Origin: Eledone cirrhosa
Lineage: Eukaryota
Assembly (NCBI GenBank): GCA_964016885.1
Contig: OZ024750.1
Span: forward strand, 558,001 to 622,000
Length of the DNA: 64,000 nt
Direction of reading: 5' to 3'
Shown here: positions 12,724-25,446 of the stretch, one piece after another
Numbering within the stretch: the stretch's first letter is position 1
Layout of the letters: each line of letters starts with the position of its first letter
Program-made: the position numbers and the translations under genes
The notes under the pieces: model-generated
The model's database searches: none
The model's input: the letters and a program-made list of their open reading frames with translations, nothing else
Told to the model about the DNA's origin: nothing

Positions 12724-12805
12724 ATGATATATGTGTGTGTATATATATATATGTGTGTGTGTGTATATATATATGTGTGTGTGTGTGTATCTATTTATAT
12801 GTATT
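12596..12805. repeat. Compound (TA)n/(TG)n microsatellite
   Basis: Direct reading; similar tracts at 270-320, 535-572, 7125-7245, 8445-8745, 41395-41810 and elsewhere. Confidence 0.95.
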
Positions 12806-13559
12806 TGCAATGTCAGTGAAATCTGTTAAGAAGCATTTAAACAAAACCCCAAAACACACACATACCCCCCCCCCCTTTTTTTTTTTCGTTTTTCCTCCTT
12901 CATTTACATTTTCTCAAGCCTTTTTTTTCTGGGTTATGTGTAATATGAGATGGAGTAGGGCCGGAGCAGAGAAATAGTACAAGACAGTGGTTTTTTTTTT
13001 TTCAAGGGCGAATTTAATGTAGTGACTATGGTCCAAGTAAGATGTTAATAGCTTTTCTACTGTGATCAATATATATACCCATGTACATAGTTTAATCTAT
13101 AGGGAATAAAGTTGTTCTATATAATTTTTTTTCTAACGAAGCTATAGATTTTTTTTCAATTAATTATTATAAAAAAAGGGGGCTTAACAATTCATTTTAA
13201 ATATCTAATTACATTCGAAAATATAATTAAAAATTGTTGATCGTAAAAGAAACATTATATATAACAATGTAGACTGTTTTCCTTCTATTCAATACACAAT
13301 GAAGATAAATAAAAAGAAATAAAAGATGTTAAAAGTGAACGCTACAAAGAAAATTGGTAAGAAATTTAAATCTGAGTAACGCGTCAGCTAGACAAACGAA
13401 ACGAAACTGTTTATTTACAATTCCTCCTTTTTGTATTTTCAACGTTAATTTCATATTAAATGTACTACATTTGACTAAATATCGAAACAAAATACCGATT
13501 AATATTACTTCTAAGAATCCATTAGATTATTTTGAATTTTAAATGTAGAATTAAACTTA

Positions 13560-13718
13560 ATAGCCGAACTAGAAGATTAAAGTCGGTTGGAGGTGGAGGA
13601 GGAGGAAGATAATAGATCGGCCATCTTTCTTCTTATTGCTAGGTGAGTGCATGAGGCCGCTCTTTGCATCGTCTTAATCATTTGGCATACTCAGATATAC
13701 CATTTAATAGAGCCAAAG
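13560..13718 (+). promoter_or_regulatory. Probable promoter and non-coding first exon of the Zn-finger gene
   Basis: Locally CpG-richer and free of recognisable repeats; YY1-like CGGCCATCTT at 13618-13627; consensus donors AG|gtgagt (13642) and AAG|gtaagc (13718). Coding exon 1 begins with an acceptor, so an upstream exon is required. Confidence 0.6.
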
Positions 13719-16700
13719 GTAAGCTAAATAATCAAGCACTTTTTATTAATTCTTTTTTGTTATTATTATGAAAATGTCGGAGAAAAATGTTTGCATTTTC
13801 AATTTTCCTCTCGAAATAATCTATGCGTTTGTTTTGGTTACTTATGATGCCGGGCACGGTTTTTTAATAGGCATGATTTACACTGGAGTAAGTTTATGTG
13901 GGCGAATTAGTTATGATGGGGGGGTAGAATCAGAATCAAACTATAGGAAATCTTTAGATTGTTTACCATTCTGTTATATTTAACGAGATCTATATATTCA
14001 ATTTTTGACTAGAATTATAATGTATATTAGAGAAAGTTTGAAGTAAATTCTGTCCGCCATAGATCTCAACCACATGCAGGTAAGGTAGAATCAGAGATAA
14101 TGAGAATACATCGAAATTTCCTCTATATTACTGTTATGATGCATTAATACATATAATAGATATAAACTAGTTCATATATTTCACATTTAATAACAGACTA
14201 CTCTTTCTTGTTTCTTTTTCTACTTTTTTTGTGAGAAGACAACGGCAAATGTTTTCTCGTCATCATGACGCACGGTTCTTAGGTGTCTAGATGACTGTTG
14301 TTCTTCATTATCTTGATCACTCTAATGTCTAGCTTTTATTTCACCCTCAACTAGCAGCTACTGTCCTTTTCTATTCTTTAAATTCACATTCCTCTTCTGC
14401 TACTCTCTCGTCATCATGTTCACCTTCCTCTCCGTAAATCCCCAATTATTGATATATTATTGTCATCATCATTATTATCGCCATCTGTTATTTCTTTGTA
14501 TTAGAGAACATAGATTAAGTTTACAACAACAAGAAAAAGTCATCAATCAATTGTATTTTAGTTTTTTTGTTTCATTTTCTTTTTCGCATCATAACGAAAT
14601 ATTTTATATAAATGAAGTATATTAAATGATGTAAATTCAAAGCAAGTTTATACCACATAGATATAGTTGTAACAAACATAATCTTTAAAATGTTTAATTC
14701 TCAAAATAAATTTTAAAAAAATTAGCGATTGGTGGTCAAAAGAAAATTATATCGATTATTTAAAATCAATGACTGGCAAAACTATTTAAAGGCAAATTTA
14801 AAGTTGGTCGTGCCTTAAATATTTTATTCAGCGATATAAAAAGAAAGAAAAAAATATCAAAAGATTTCTTTAACTGTAAATAATTATTTTCTGAACGAAT
14901 TTTTGTGTTTTTCATTTAACCTATGGCAAAAAAACTACGAAAAAAAAACTTAAATGAAATTATGTGTATTGATCATTGCAGTGATTTCTGTTGTGATTGA
15001 ATGTCTCTCCTTGTTATCGATGTATTGGAATGTTTCAACACAGACGTGTTAGACACAATATTGTATTTTGATATTTATGGTAAACATATCTTAACTATTC
15101 GAATGTGAAGGAAGATGTTCCTCAGAATATATTGAAGAAGGAAAACAATGTTATATATCTAATTATAACGGTGTACTTCATTAAACTAGTGTTTAATTAG
15201 AGGAGGGCAAGAGAGTGTACATTAGTTATTTCTATGTTTCAATAAACAGTCCACTCTGCAGAACCAATAAAATCATTTCTTGTCAATCGGTTGTATCTCC
15301 ATCTCACCTCCCTCTCAAATACTGTCTTGTGTTTAAACGATGGAATCAACATGATTAATTCAATTGAAAATGTTAATATATCGATTCCTTATGCAGATAC
15401 AATCTGCATTAATATAGAGTAAAATATGAGAGTTTCTTATGTTCATGCTTTTATAAAGGTTATTAGCGATGGAATCGGAATTATTGACTTGATTCAGGAA
15501 TCGAAGACGATATGTCATTGAAATATAAGTTTTCAATACTTTTAATTGGAATTTAAAAGTGAGATAGGTTCTAAGGGTGTATTTAAGTAACAGGCATGAC
15601 AATATTACTGATGAATGATGCTTCTCCCATTGTCTTTTTCTTGTGTATCTCCTCCTTTTCTGTATTACGTATGAAGTGGAACAAATGCCTCGGCATTGAA
15701 TAAGATTGTGTAGTGACTTCTCTCCCACACATGTTGGCATTACACACCAACAATTGTTTTTCGCCCAACTCTAGAGGAAAAAAATTACCGGAAAGCTCGT
15801 CTAATTTGTATTTTGTTCTTAAATTCTTTTTTTTTTTAATTTTAATTTTTGACATTTAGTGTCAAAAGGTGTATTATAACATCATAAGTGTTTCAACTAG
15901 TTTACTGAAGCTTTCCTTTTTACATTATTCAACCCTATTGTACTAACTTCACTCACATTCTAAGCATTAGGGACTTTCTCAGACTAACGAAGTGCTTTTC
16001 ACTCCACACGAAAACTTCACTACGTTTGTTTTCCTCCCTTGTTTGTATTTTATGTTAATTTAAAATTCAGCATACAGTAATTTAATTATTTCAAAGTAAT
16101 GTTGTGAAAAAAGTAGACCGAATTTATTATGCATAGCCATGGTTTATTGAAATAATAGTTATTTACGGTAAAAAAAAGTCTTTTTAACCAACCTTAAATA
16201 TTAAAATTTTTATCTGTTTTCTTGTGTGCACACTCACATGTTGAGTGATAGAAATATATTTTATAATCACCTCTCTAAAAATTTAGCAAATTTCGATTTT
16301 AAGTTGTAGAATTACTTTCAACTTTGTGTTTATTTACATGAGTGAATGAAATAGCTTTGATTTATCAAGTTATCTCATTATGCGATCTCTCTCTCTCTCT
16401 ATATATATATATACACATCCAGGAAAAAATACTTGATAAACCAGCATGCGACTAATCTACTGGACCTACAAAATCTCAATTCAAAATGTATGGTACTTTG
16501 TAAATGGTGTATGTAAAATGGAAGTGTGACTTATGTTGAGGAGCATATTTTAAAATTTTCCTCAAAACTTGTGTTCCTAATTGTTATAAATTACATTATA
16601 TAAACCGTTTGGAAGTTCTAATGCTGACGTGAATCTTTTTTTCCTTTCTATTGTGTCAGAAATGACTACCATGAGGTTGAAATAGTTACATTTTTTTACA

Positions 16701-17219
16701 TGGTAGTATGACAAAGTAATATTTCCATTGAAAAGAAATCCGTTTTCTATGTCACATTTAGCTTTAAAAAGATTGATTGTGGTTAGTAAGATCTCCAGCT
16801 ATTCTTAATACAAGATGAACCACTGCCTCTAGTAAGACGTAGTCTTTGTTCTAATAGTGTTACAGGTTAATGAATGACCAGGATTAAATAACTGTGGAAT
16901 TGGATTATAAATCTATAAAATTGTGGTAAAGTTACTTTCAATATGAAAAGTAGATATTTTACATTGTAACTGAAGGATGTGGGAGGTAGTGTATCAGATT
17001 CAATATTATGAACTAGTTTAATTAACAAACTTCCAGGTTTTGAAGGTTGTTTTTAAATGGCTACAATCAAAAGGTTTTCTTATTAAATATAACGAGCAAT
17101 AACTGTTATGGGGATATTTCGCTGTAGGTATATAAAATGGCAAACACTAAAATGAAAACATGTTTTTAGAATTTTTAAAATAATTAAATTGAAAGATATA
17201 TTTCTAAAAAATATATATA

Positions 17220-17297
17220 CAGGGTGTTCCAAAAAATGTATACACACTTTAACATAAATATAATCAAAGTATGCATACATTTTTTGGGGACACCCTG
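17220..17297. mobile_element. 78-bp Tc1/mariner-type MITE
   Basis: TA|CAGGGTGTTCCAAAAAATGTATACACACTTT ... AAAGTATGCATACATTTTTTGGGGACACCCTG|TA. Confidence 0.85.
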
Positions 17298-20200
17298 TAT
17301 ATTCAAATGATTTATTCGTGAATTCTTTGACCCGTTTCCTCACAATTGCTGCCCACCAACATTAGTTACGCGAGGTATTTTAGTTTCATAGAAAAATAAA
17401 TCTTGTCTGGTTGCACCTTCCATTTTATTGTTTTTCCTTTTAACTTGATTTACTTTCATTTTATTGTCAATCAATCCTAATAATACGCCACGTGTGTTTG
17501 TATATTCACTTATTAAACCTTACATTTCCTATCAGTCATAGTGCTACAAGTTCGCTTTCCAATCACTTCTTGAGTTCTAACCTTACATTTGTCCATGTAA
17601 ACAGTTATTTTATACATTTATGTAATTATATCTTAGAAATGGATTATTAAAATAAGGTTTTTATCTTTAATCAGTTCCACCTGTCAGTAATCAACATAAA
17701 CTATAGGGTTTCTCACATGCAAACTATAAATTTATTTTTAAATGTTCATATATTTAGTAATGGTTTGAAAATGTGATCGTACCAAATGCAGAAATAACAG
17801 TATTAACTGTCGATCACTATATATAATGATTTAAAAAAATTGATATATTTTCCCTTGGAGACGAAATGGACCCCTGCTCACTTTTCCCCGTCTCTAAGGG
17901 TAATTTAACCCAATTGTATCAACTATTGTCTATAGTGATCGACTGCTACAATTATTTTCTATATTTGGAACGCTCTCATTTTCAAATTTCAAACACTCCC
18001 AGCCCATCGATAATTCATAGTTTGATTCCACATATTATGGTATTAATTAAGTATTAAAATAAACTAAACTATGTATGCTTATATAAGTATACATGTATTA
18101 GTAGTGTTGACGTAAAGGGTAGTGTCGTTATTTAGTTCCGACCTGTTTTGAGTTCAAATACCTCCGGGCTCAATTTTGCCTTCAATCCTACCGGTGTCAA
18201 AATAAAGTGAAATACAATGGTCAATGTAGTTCTTCCTTTCCCCACATCGCTGCTTAAATTAGAAACCATTATTATTCATCAACATACTATTATTATATAA
18301 TATATATTCGATGTATAGGGTGCAGGCAGATTTTTGACAAAGAAACGTGTGTCTTAAGCTCTGGAAAATACAGTAATTAAACTATTGCTATTATTACCTG
18401 AAGGTGGGTTTGAACTTGGTTGTATGTAAATTACTTGTTTGTAAACTGAACAATTATATCAGAAAGATAAACTTGAAAACTGCCACATGCACCTCCCAAA
18501 ATATAACAATATCTGTTTCAACACATGTTTTCAGATAAAAAATCTTGTGTGTGTGTGTATACATACAAACGAGTATAGTTGGTGGAGCTTCCTCCTGCAG
18601 TGAATAAAAAATGACTGGGTAATAATATATACACACACACGTGTTTTGTATTGGATGAGCTACTCAGCTGATAAGTCTTATATCATTTTCATATGTGCTT
18701 TATAATGGCTGAAGAGTATTATTCTGTATTCATTATTCATTACTTGGATATATAAAGTTTTACTAATGTTAGAAACTGCTCTTAGATGATCTAAGCCTTT
18801 ACTGTACTAAGTCTGTTTTGAGCTAGCCCCACTTGAATGTCAATGATCCTATTGTTAACTGGCTTAGTTCTAAATATCTAGTGTCGTGTGTATGCATTAC
18901 ATTATAAAATAGTCTTTATAACATAAATGAAACAACAAAATTGATAATGTTGCTCTAAATATTGACGTTAGTAGTGCATGTGCAACAGTAAAGTTGACCC
19001 AATATGTCCTGTGGTGGGCAATCAGAGACAATATAGTATAGAGGGGACTCAGTTGCAATCTGGCCAAGAATATGACCTCCTTTGTGCTGGTGCCATGATA
19101 AAATGCACCCAGTGTACTCTGTATAGCTTTCTCTTTCAGTGTTGACAAGTAGGTCAGCCATCAAACTGCTGCTATCTATAGTTATATATATATATCTTTA
19201 AAGAATAAAAACATCTATCTCTGTCTGGCAGTCTTTATTTTCCTACCTACTTCTATCTATTTATCTGTCTGACCCTCAGTCTATAGTTATCTGTTTATAT
19301 ATATTTACTGTGTCAAAGACATGACAACCTCCCCTGTCCACTCATAACGATGATGATTACCAATATATCTATTTTTGGACAAAACAGAAATCCAAATAGC
19401 AGTCCAGAGATAGAACAGTCATTGTAATTTAGTACATATATGTTTGATAATGATAGAAAATATGGAAGATAATTATTGTACTTGATTTAAATGAATGTAA
19501 AATATGCCAGAAGATTAAGAAAAAAAGAAATCTGCTTAAGGATTAGTTACACAAGTATTAACCTATTTGACACCTGCCCAAAACTGGTTCTGATTCTAGG
19601 GAACTACACATTTTAGAGGGTCCCTATTTAAATTAAAACCTTTCAACATTTTATATGAGAACTATCTGTTACAAGTACTATCTTAATTATGAAATAAATA
19701 ATTATTTTAGTTAATTTAAATATGGTGTATGTCATTAGAAATATGATAATGAAAGAAACCACATTTTAGATTTTATAAATAGAAATATAATAAAACAGTA
19801 ATTATTTACTGAATGTCTGACCAAGTAAAGGTCAGATGCCTGTCAACAACTATGTTGTAGTCTTGGGCAAGTCCACTTATTCCTGTATATTTTACCATAG
19901 GTCATTTTGGCTCTTCTAAAGAAGGAAAGTTTAAGTGATGTTGGTGAGATATAACAGGTTAGTCATTGGTAACAGAAATGCATAGCTAGGTACTTAAGTA
20001 GAGAGTTGTTTGATAAAAGTACACATTACTAAAAAATCTGGCTGTGACTAGACACTTGTGGTCTCCATTAAGAAATAAATATACAACTTATCTCTTTCCT
20101 CTTAGCCTTCCACTGAACCTCATGTTTTCCAATAACCTCCCAATGTAAAAATGATGTCTTTACATTTGTTAAACATATAACAAATAAATTAGAAGTACAT

Positions 20201-21269
20201 AAATTTTTTATACCAATCATCTTTATCATGTCAGTTTTTTCCCATATTGGTATGGATTGGATAGGCCCTCACAAAATAATTAATCTTACAATTTTATTGC
20301 TTCATCTATAACATAGAGCTAAGGACGGGTGAAACTCATAGAACTATGAAATGCAACCATGTAGGTGGATGGCTACTAAACCTATACGAGTGTGAGTCAT
20401 AACAAACTGACTTTGCAAGTAAAGCAAAAAAAAAATAAAATAAAAATTACACCAGTCGAAAACCTTTTGAAATTCAAAATAAAGCAACCTATGCTTTGTA
20501 GTTGGTTATAAATACCCCTTTACATAATTTTGATAAAAACAAGTCTACATGTGGAGTAAATTTCACTGATAAACTCAGTTTAGACAAGCTGAGTGAGATG
20601 AGCATTAAACCTAGGTTGATAAAATACTGGCTGCTCTCTGTTGGGTTTTTCATTGAATCTATAGCAGTGTTAGACATATAGAGTCCTTACACATTTACAA
20701 GAAGGAGCACCGCACCGCAAGGTGAAAACTGGATCTTTCACTACATCTTCCTCACCATCAGATAACATAGTCCTTGTCAGCTAGTGCCTCTGGTTCTCAG
20801 ACATTTGTTAAGATTTGGTGAACCAAAGTATGAAATATTAGTATTAAAAATAATAAACACAAGGAAAAGTGCAAAAAGATATGCTTATAGACAAATAGAT
20901 TAAGTTTTCACATGAAAATACTTATTTTTAGTGTTCCAGCTAACATTCTTGATTTGTTTCAAACAATAGACAGTTTCAATAAACAATTAACTGGAACATA
21001 CTTTTCATTTATGGTTCGTCAAATCTTAATTTAATGTTCCAATTAACATTCTTGACTTGTTTCAAACAATTGGATCTCACTTTTCACCTATGGTTCATCA
21101 ACCTTAATATGGTATTCCAAAGACAACCATGTCATCTTTTACATAAACAATTTTAAATAAAAAATATCTGATCTTGATCTCCCCCACCCCCCCCCCCCCC
21201 CCCCCTCTTTTTTTAATTTTTAAATGATTTTTATTTTTTATATTTTTCAGGTTATAAATTAAAAAGAAA

Positions 21270-22010
21270 ATGAGTTACCGCAGTAGTTCTGGTAGTCGGA
21301 TGTCTAGTGGTAGAAATAAAAGTGGGAGGTCATCTCTTGGAGGAGGTCACAATAACCGAAGACTTAGTGGGCAAGGAGGATACGGAATACTTGGAAGTGC
21401 TCCCCCTATGCCTGGAATGAATAATATGTGTTCTGGTATGAACAATATGGGTGGGGGTGGGGGAGGGGGTGGCGGCATGGGAGGGGGAGGGGGTGGTGGC
21501 ATGGGTGGGGGTGGGGGAATGGGTGGATGTGGTATGGGGGGAGGCGGTGGCATGGGTGGGGGAGGGATGGGTGGCAGTATGGGGAATATGGGTGGGGGTG
21601 GAATGGGAGGAGGAGGAGGCATGAACATGTCCCCAAACATGAACAACAATAATAATATGGGTATGGGTAATTATGGTGGTGGAATGATGTCTCCAAATTC
21701 TAACATGGGTATGGGGAATATGATGGGGGGGTCTGGTGGAGGTATGATGATGCCACAACAAAATATGGGGGTACAACAACAAGCTATGAGAGAAACTCAG
21801 TTAGCTTTGGTTAATACATTACTGAAAGGTTCGATGATTGGTTCGGGTGGTAGGAATAATAGAAATCTTCACGATAGTGGAATGGGTCTTGGTATGTTGA
21901 GTTCTTCTGGGCCATTACCTTCTTTGTTGGATATCAAAACAAGTGGAATTAAACGACGTGGATCCGATGGTATGTCGAATATTATTAAAAGAATGAAGAA
22001 GGATTCTGAT
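21270..22010 (+). CDS. Zn-finger gene coding exon 1 (Gly/Met/Asn-rich low-complexity domain)
   Basis: Acceptor tttttcag|G at 21250/21251, AAAATG start at 21270, donor GAT|gtgagt at 22010, phase 0. Confidence 0.9.
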
Positions 22011-25000
22011 GTGAGTTTTTCATTTCTATACTTTTTGTTTTTACTATTTTAGTTTTAGTTGCAAGATAAATATTATTTTGCCCTATAATTAAGTTAATTT
22101 GATATGGTGTTAAATTAGCTTAATTTGTATCTTTCAAAAAGTTGTTTGAAGGATGAAATAATTGTTTTGTGTGAGGTAACTCTTGATTTTCTGACACTAC
22201 TGCTAAAATGATTATCTTCTTACAAGATCAAAATATAACTAAATAGTTGTTTCTTTTAAAAGTTTAGGAACGTTTTGCTTATTGAATTTCTCTAATTGAA
22301 GTATGAGGATTTAGAATGTTGTAAAAAGCATATATGTCGATATATGTATGGTCCTGTAACCTGAGAGTCGTAAGGGCGCCATATTGACATAAGGTATTTC
22401 TTAGGCATTTTAAGCTTGGCGGAGCCTAGGCCTGAGTACAGCAGATTTCTTCTAGAGAAAGAGATATAGAGGAAGAATCGACCCCAGTACTAGACTGGTA
22501 CTTTTTTTTATCAACCTCGAAAGGATGAAAGGCAAAGTTGACTTCGGCGGGATTTGAACTCAGAGAGCCAGAACGAATACCACAAAGCATTTTATCCGAC
22601 ATTTTATTCACTTTGCCAATTCGCCACCTATGTTGATACACACTATCAATTTTCATATAATAATAATAATAAAGTGCAAACATGGCTATGAGGTTGAAAA
22701 GTTTGCTTTGCAACCGCATGGTTTTGATCGTACTGCATGATCCCTAGAACATGACTTCTACTGTAACCCTGGGCCTACCAATACCTTGTGAGTGTATTTG
22801 GTAGACAGAAACTGTTTGGAAGCCCATTGTGTGTATTTGTTGTCACCATATTTCTTCATATTATGACTGTTTAAATAAAGTGATGACTTTTATGTCCTGC
22901 TTAAACAATATCTTCTTACAGTTCATTAAAAATAAAGTATGGATTGGCATCAGGAAGAGTATCTTGTCAGAAAAACTGCCTAAAAAATGTCTTGACCAAC
23001 TTATGCCAACATGGAAAAGCAGATGTAAAAAAACTGATGAATTATTAGAAAATCTAGACTGATTTATTATTATTTTTCCTATAACATAGCTAAGAATGTT
23101 TCAGCAAGACCATATGAGGGTCGACTGAAAAGTTCATAAGCTGACCAAGATACTCTCATGGAATGATCAAATGAGGTTTATTTTCCAACATAGTCCCTGG
23201 AACGAAACAATGCAGTTATTAATAAGATTTAAAATTAATGCATGCAAAATTTCACAGCTGTAGCGTCACTCCTTCATAGTCAACTGACTCTTTAAGCTTC
23301 CAAAAATTACAGCAGACTTTCCAGATTTGTCATAGCTATTTGTGAAGGATATCTAGATATCTCATCAGCTGAGATATTAATGGAATCAAAACTAGTAATA
23401 AATTATTGCTATAGTACACTCTGTAAAGTGGTAGTGTTTGTGCTACTATAAAATACACCCAGTACACTCTGTAGAGTGGTAGTGTTTGTGCTACTATAAA
23501 ATACACCCAGTACACTCTGTAGAGTGGTAGTGTTTGTGCTACTATAAAATACACCCAGTACACTTTTGTAAAGTGGTAGTGCTTGTGCTACTATAAAATG
23601 CACCCAATACACTCAGTATAGTAGCAGTGCTTGTGTCACGATAAAATGCACCTAGTACACTTTGTAATGTGGTAGTGCCTGTGCCACAATAAAATGCACC
23701 CAGTACACTCCGTAAATATGAAATGATTTAAAAATGGTTGTAAAATGATGTGGAAATGGTAGAGAACTAAAGTAAAAAGGTTTTATTTCTTGTGGGAAGA
23801 TAAACCATTTTATTATTGTTCTTTAGGACAGAGGCAACTCTATATATGCTACCCCTTATTGGATAAAATAAACACCACACATATTACAGTTGTTTTTAAT
23901 TGACTCTCTTAAGACCCATGTAAGAAATCAGTAGAAATTTATTCCATTAACAATTCAATGCTTCCCAAAGTTTCTTCTAAAGACATTTTTTAAACAGCAG
24001 TTGTGCCAAGGGCATGACAACCTCCCTAGTGCTGGTGATCTACACAATAAAAGCACCCACTACACGCTGTAAAGTGGTTGGTATTAGAAAAAACATCCAG
24101 TTGTAGAAAGCTTGCCAGAAAAGGGGTTCAGAGGACCATTCAATTTGTGTGAAAAGACACAACTCCTCTGCATTCAATATGACCGTACGTAGGTGGGATA
24201 CAGACCCCTTGGCCTCTCTGGGAGGTCAGTACTGACTTTATCAATGTAGATCCATCCAATTCTTGCAGGGAAAGCAGATGTTAGATGATGGTGATGATGA
24301 AATCATTTTAGTAAGGCCACAAGAGTAATGACTATAATCTAGTTGATTTTCTCTTCATTGGGATATGTTCAATTTTGACATTCTATGTCTGTATGTTTAT
24401 TCTGTTAATATTATACAGTACTAAAACGATTTGGCTTCAGAAAAGTTATGTAAGCATAGGATCTTAACTCTTAATACTCTGTAATGATTTAGTAAAAAAT
24501 ATCTAGAAATGGATTTGTTAATTCAAATGTTTATAGTATCTTTAATAGTGGAATGTGAAATGTTTTAGCTAAATAAAGATTTCAATTTTTAATGTGATAC
24601 TGTCAGTGCTGGATTTAGGACAAATGAGGTCCTGTGCTAGTTAAGTTACGCGGTTCCTTACTTGTAACAAAAATTCATTATGAAAAATTTGGGGGGTGGG
24701 GCAGGAATATGGACCCCTTCCCTGGTCAACGAGGCCCTTTGTTTAAGCACAATGGTAAATCTGGCTGATATTGTGGTTTGATGTGGTATAGGACATTGAG
24801 TTAAACAATAAGCAAAATAATTGTTTCTACATTTGGCACAAGGCCAGCAAATATCCAGTACATTACTGGTACTTTATTTTATCGACCCTGTAAGGATGAA
24901 AGGCAAAGTTGACCTCAAAATGCAATGGGTTCTGGATTATTAATTTTTTTCATTTTAAACATTTGAGTATAAATACAAATTATTTCAAACTTCTATTTGA

Positions 25001-25411
25001 TATTTCAAATAGTCTTCAGTTAAACCATTAAAATTGTGAATGTGTTCACAACCAAGAAACCTGATCAATTGTTTAGGAAAACTTTGATAATTGACATGAG
25101 CTAAAATTGATCTTGTAAAGAAAAAAAAATGCTATTGAGCTATATTATTACTATAATTCTTTGCTGATTGTTTTAATTTCATAAATGGCATATTTTGATT
25201 GCCTGCATCCTATTGAAAATGTGTTTTTTACAGATTTCCTGAGGGGTAGGGGACAATACAAAAAAAAAATCATTTTTTTCTTCTATGAAATACCTGTGGA
25301 TTGTATTGAACAATTTTTTAAAGTCATTTTTTAAAATCCTTGCATTTGATTGAAATATATATATAGGAAAATGTTGCAAAAATTATACAGCCAAAGGATT
25401 ATATATGTGTG

Positions 25412-25446
<35 letters not shown>

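Noticed and set aside
12565-12977. YI/CV/HT-repeat ORFs here and at 220-678, 7038-7282 and 41265-41821
   Set aside because: Translations of (TA)n/(TG)n microsatellites.
15600-15700. Box C/D snoRNA at CTGATGA
   Set aside because: No matching D box (CTGA) with a terminal stem at a suitable distance.
21330-21782. Pro/His-rich - strand ORFs
   Set aside because: Antisense shadows of the Gly-rich exon.
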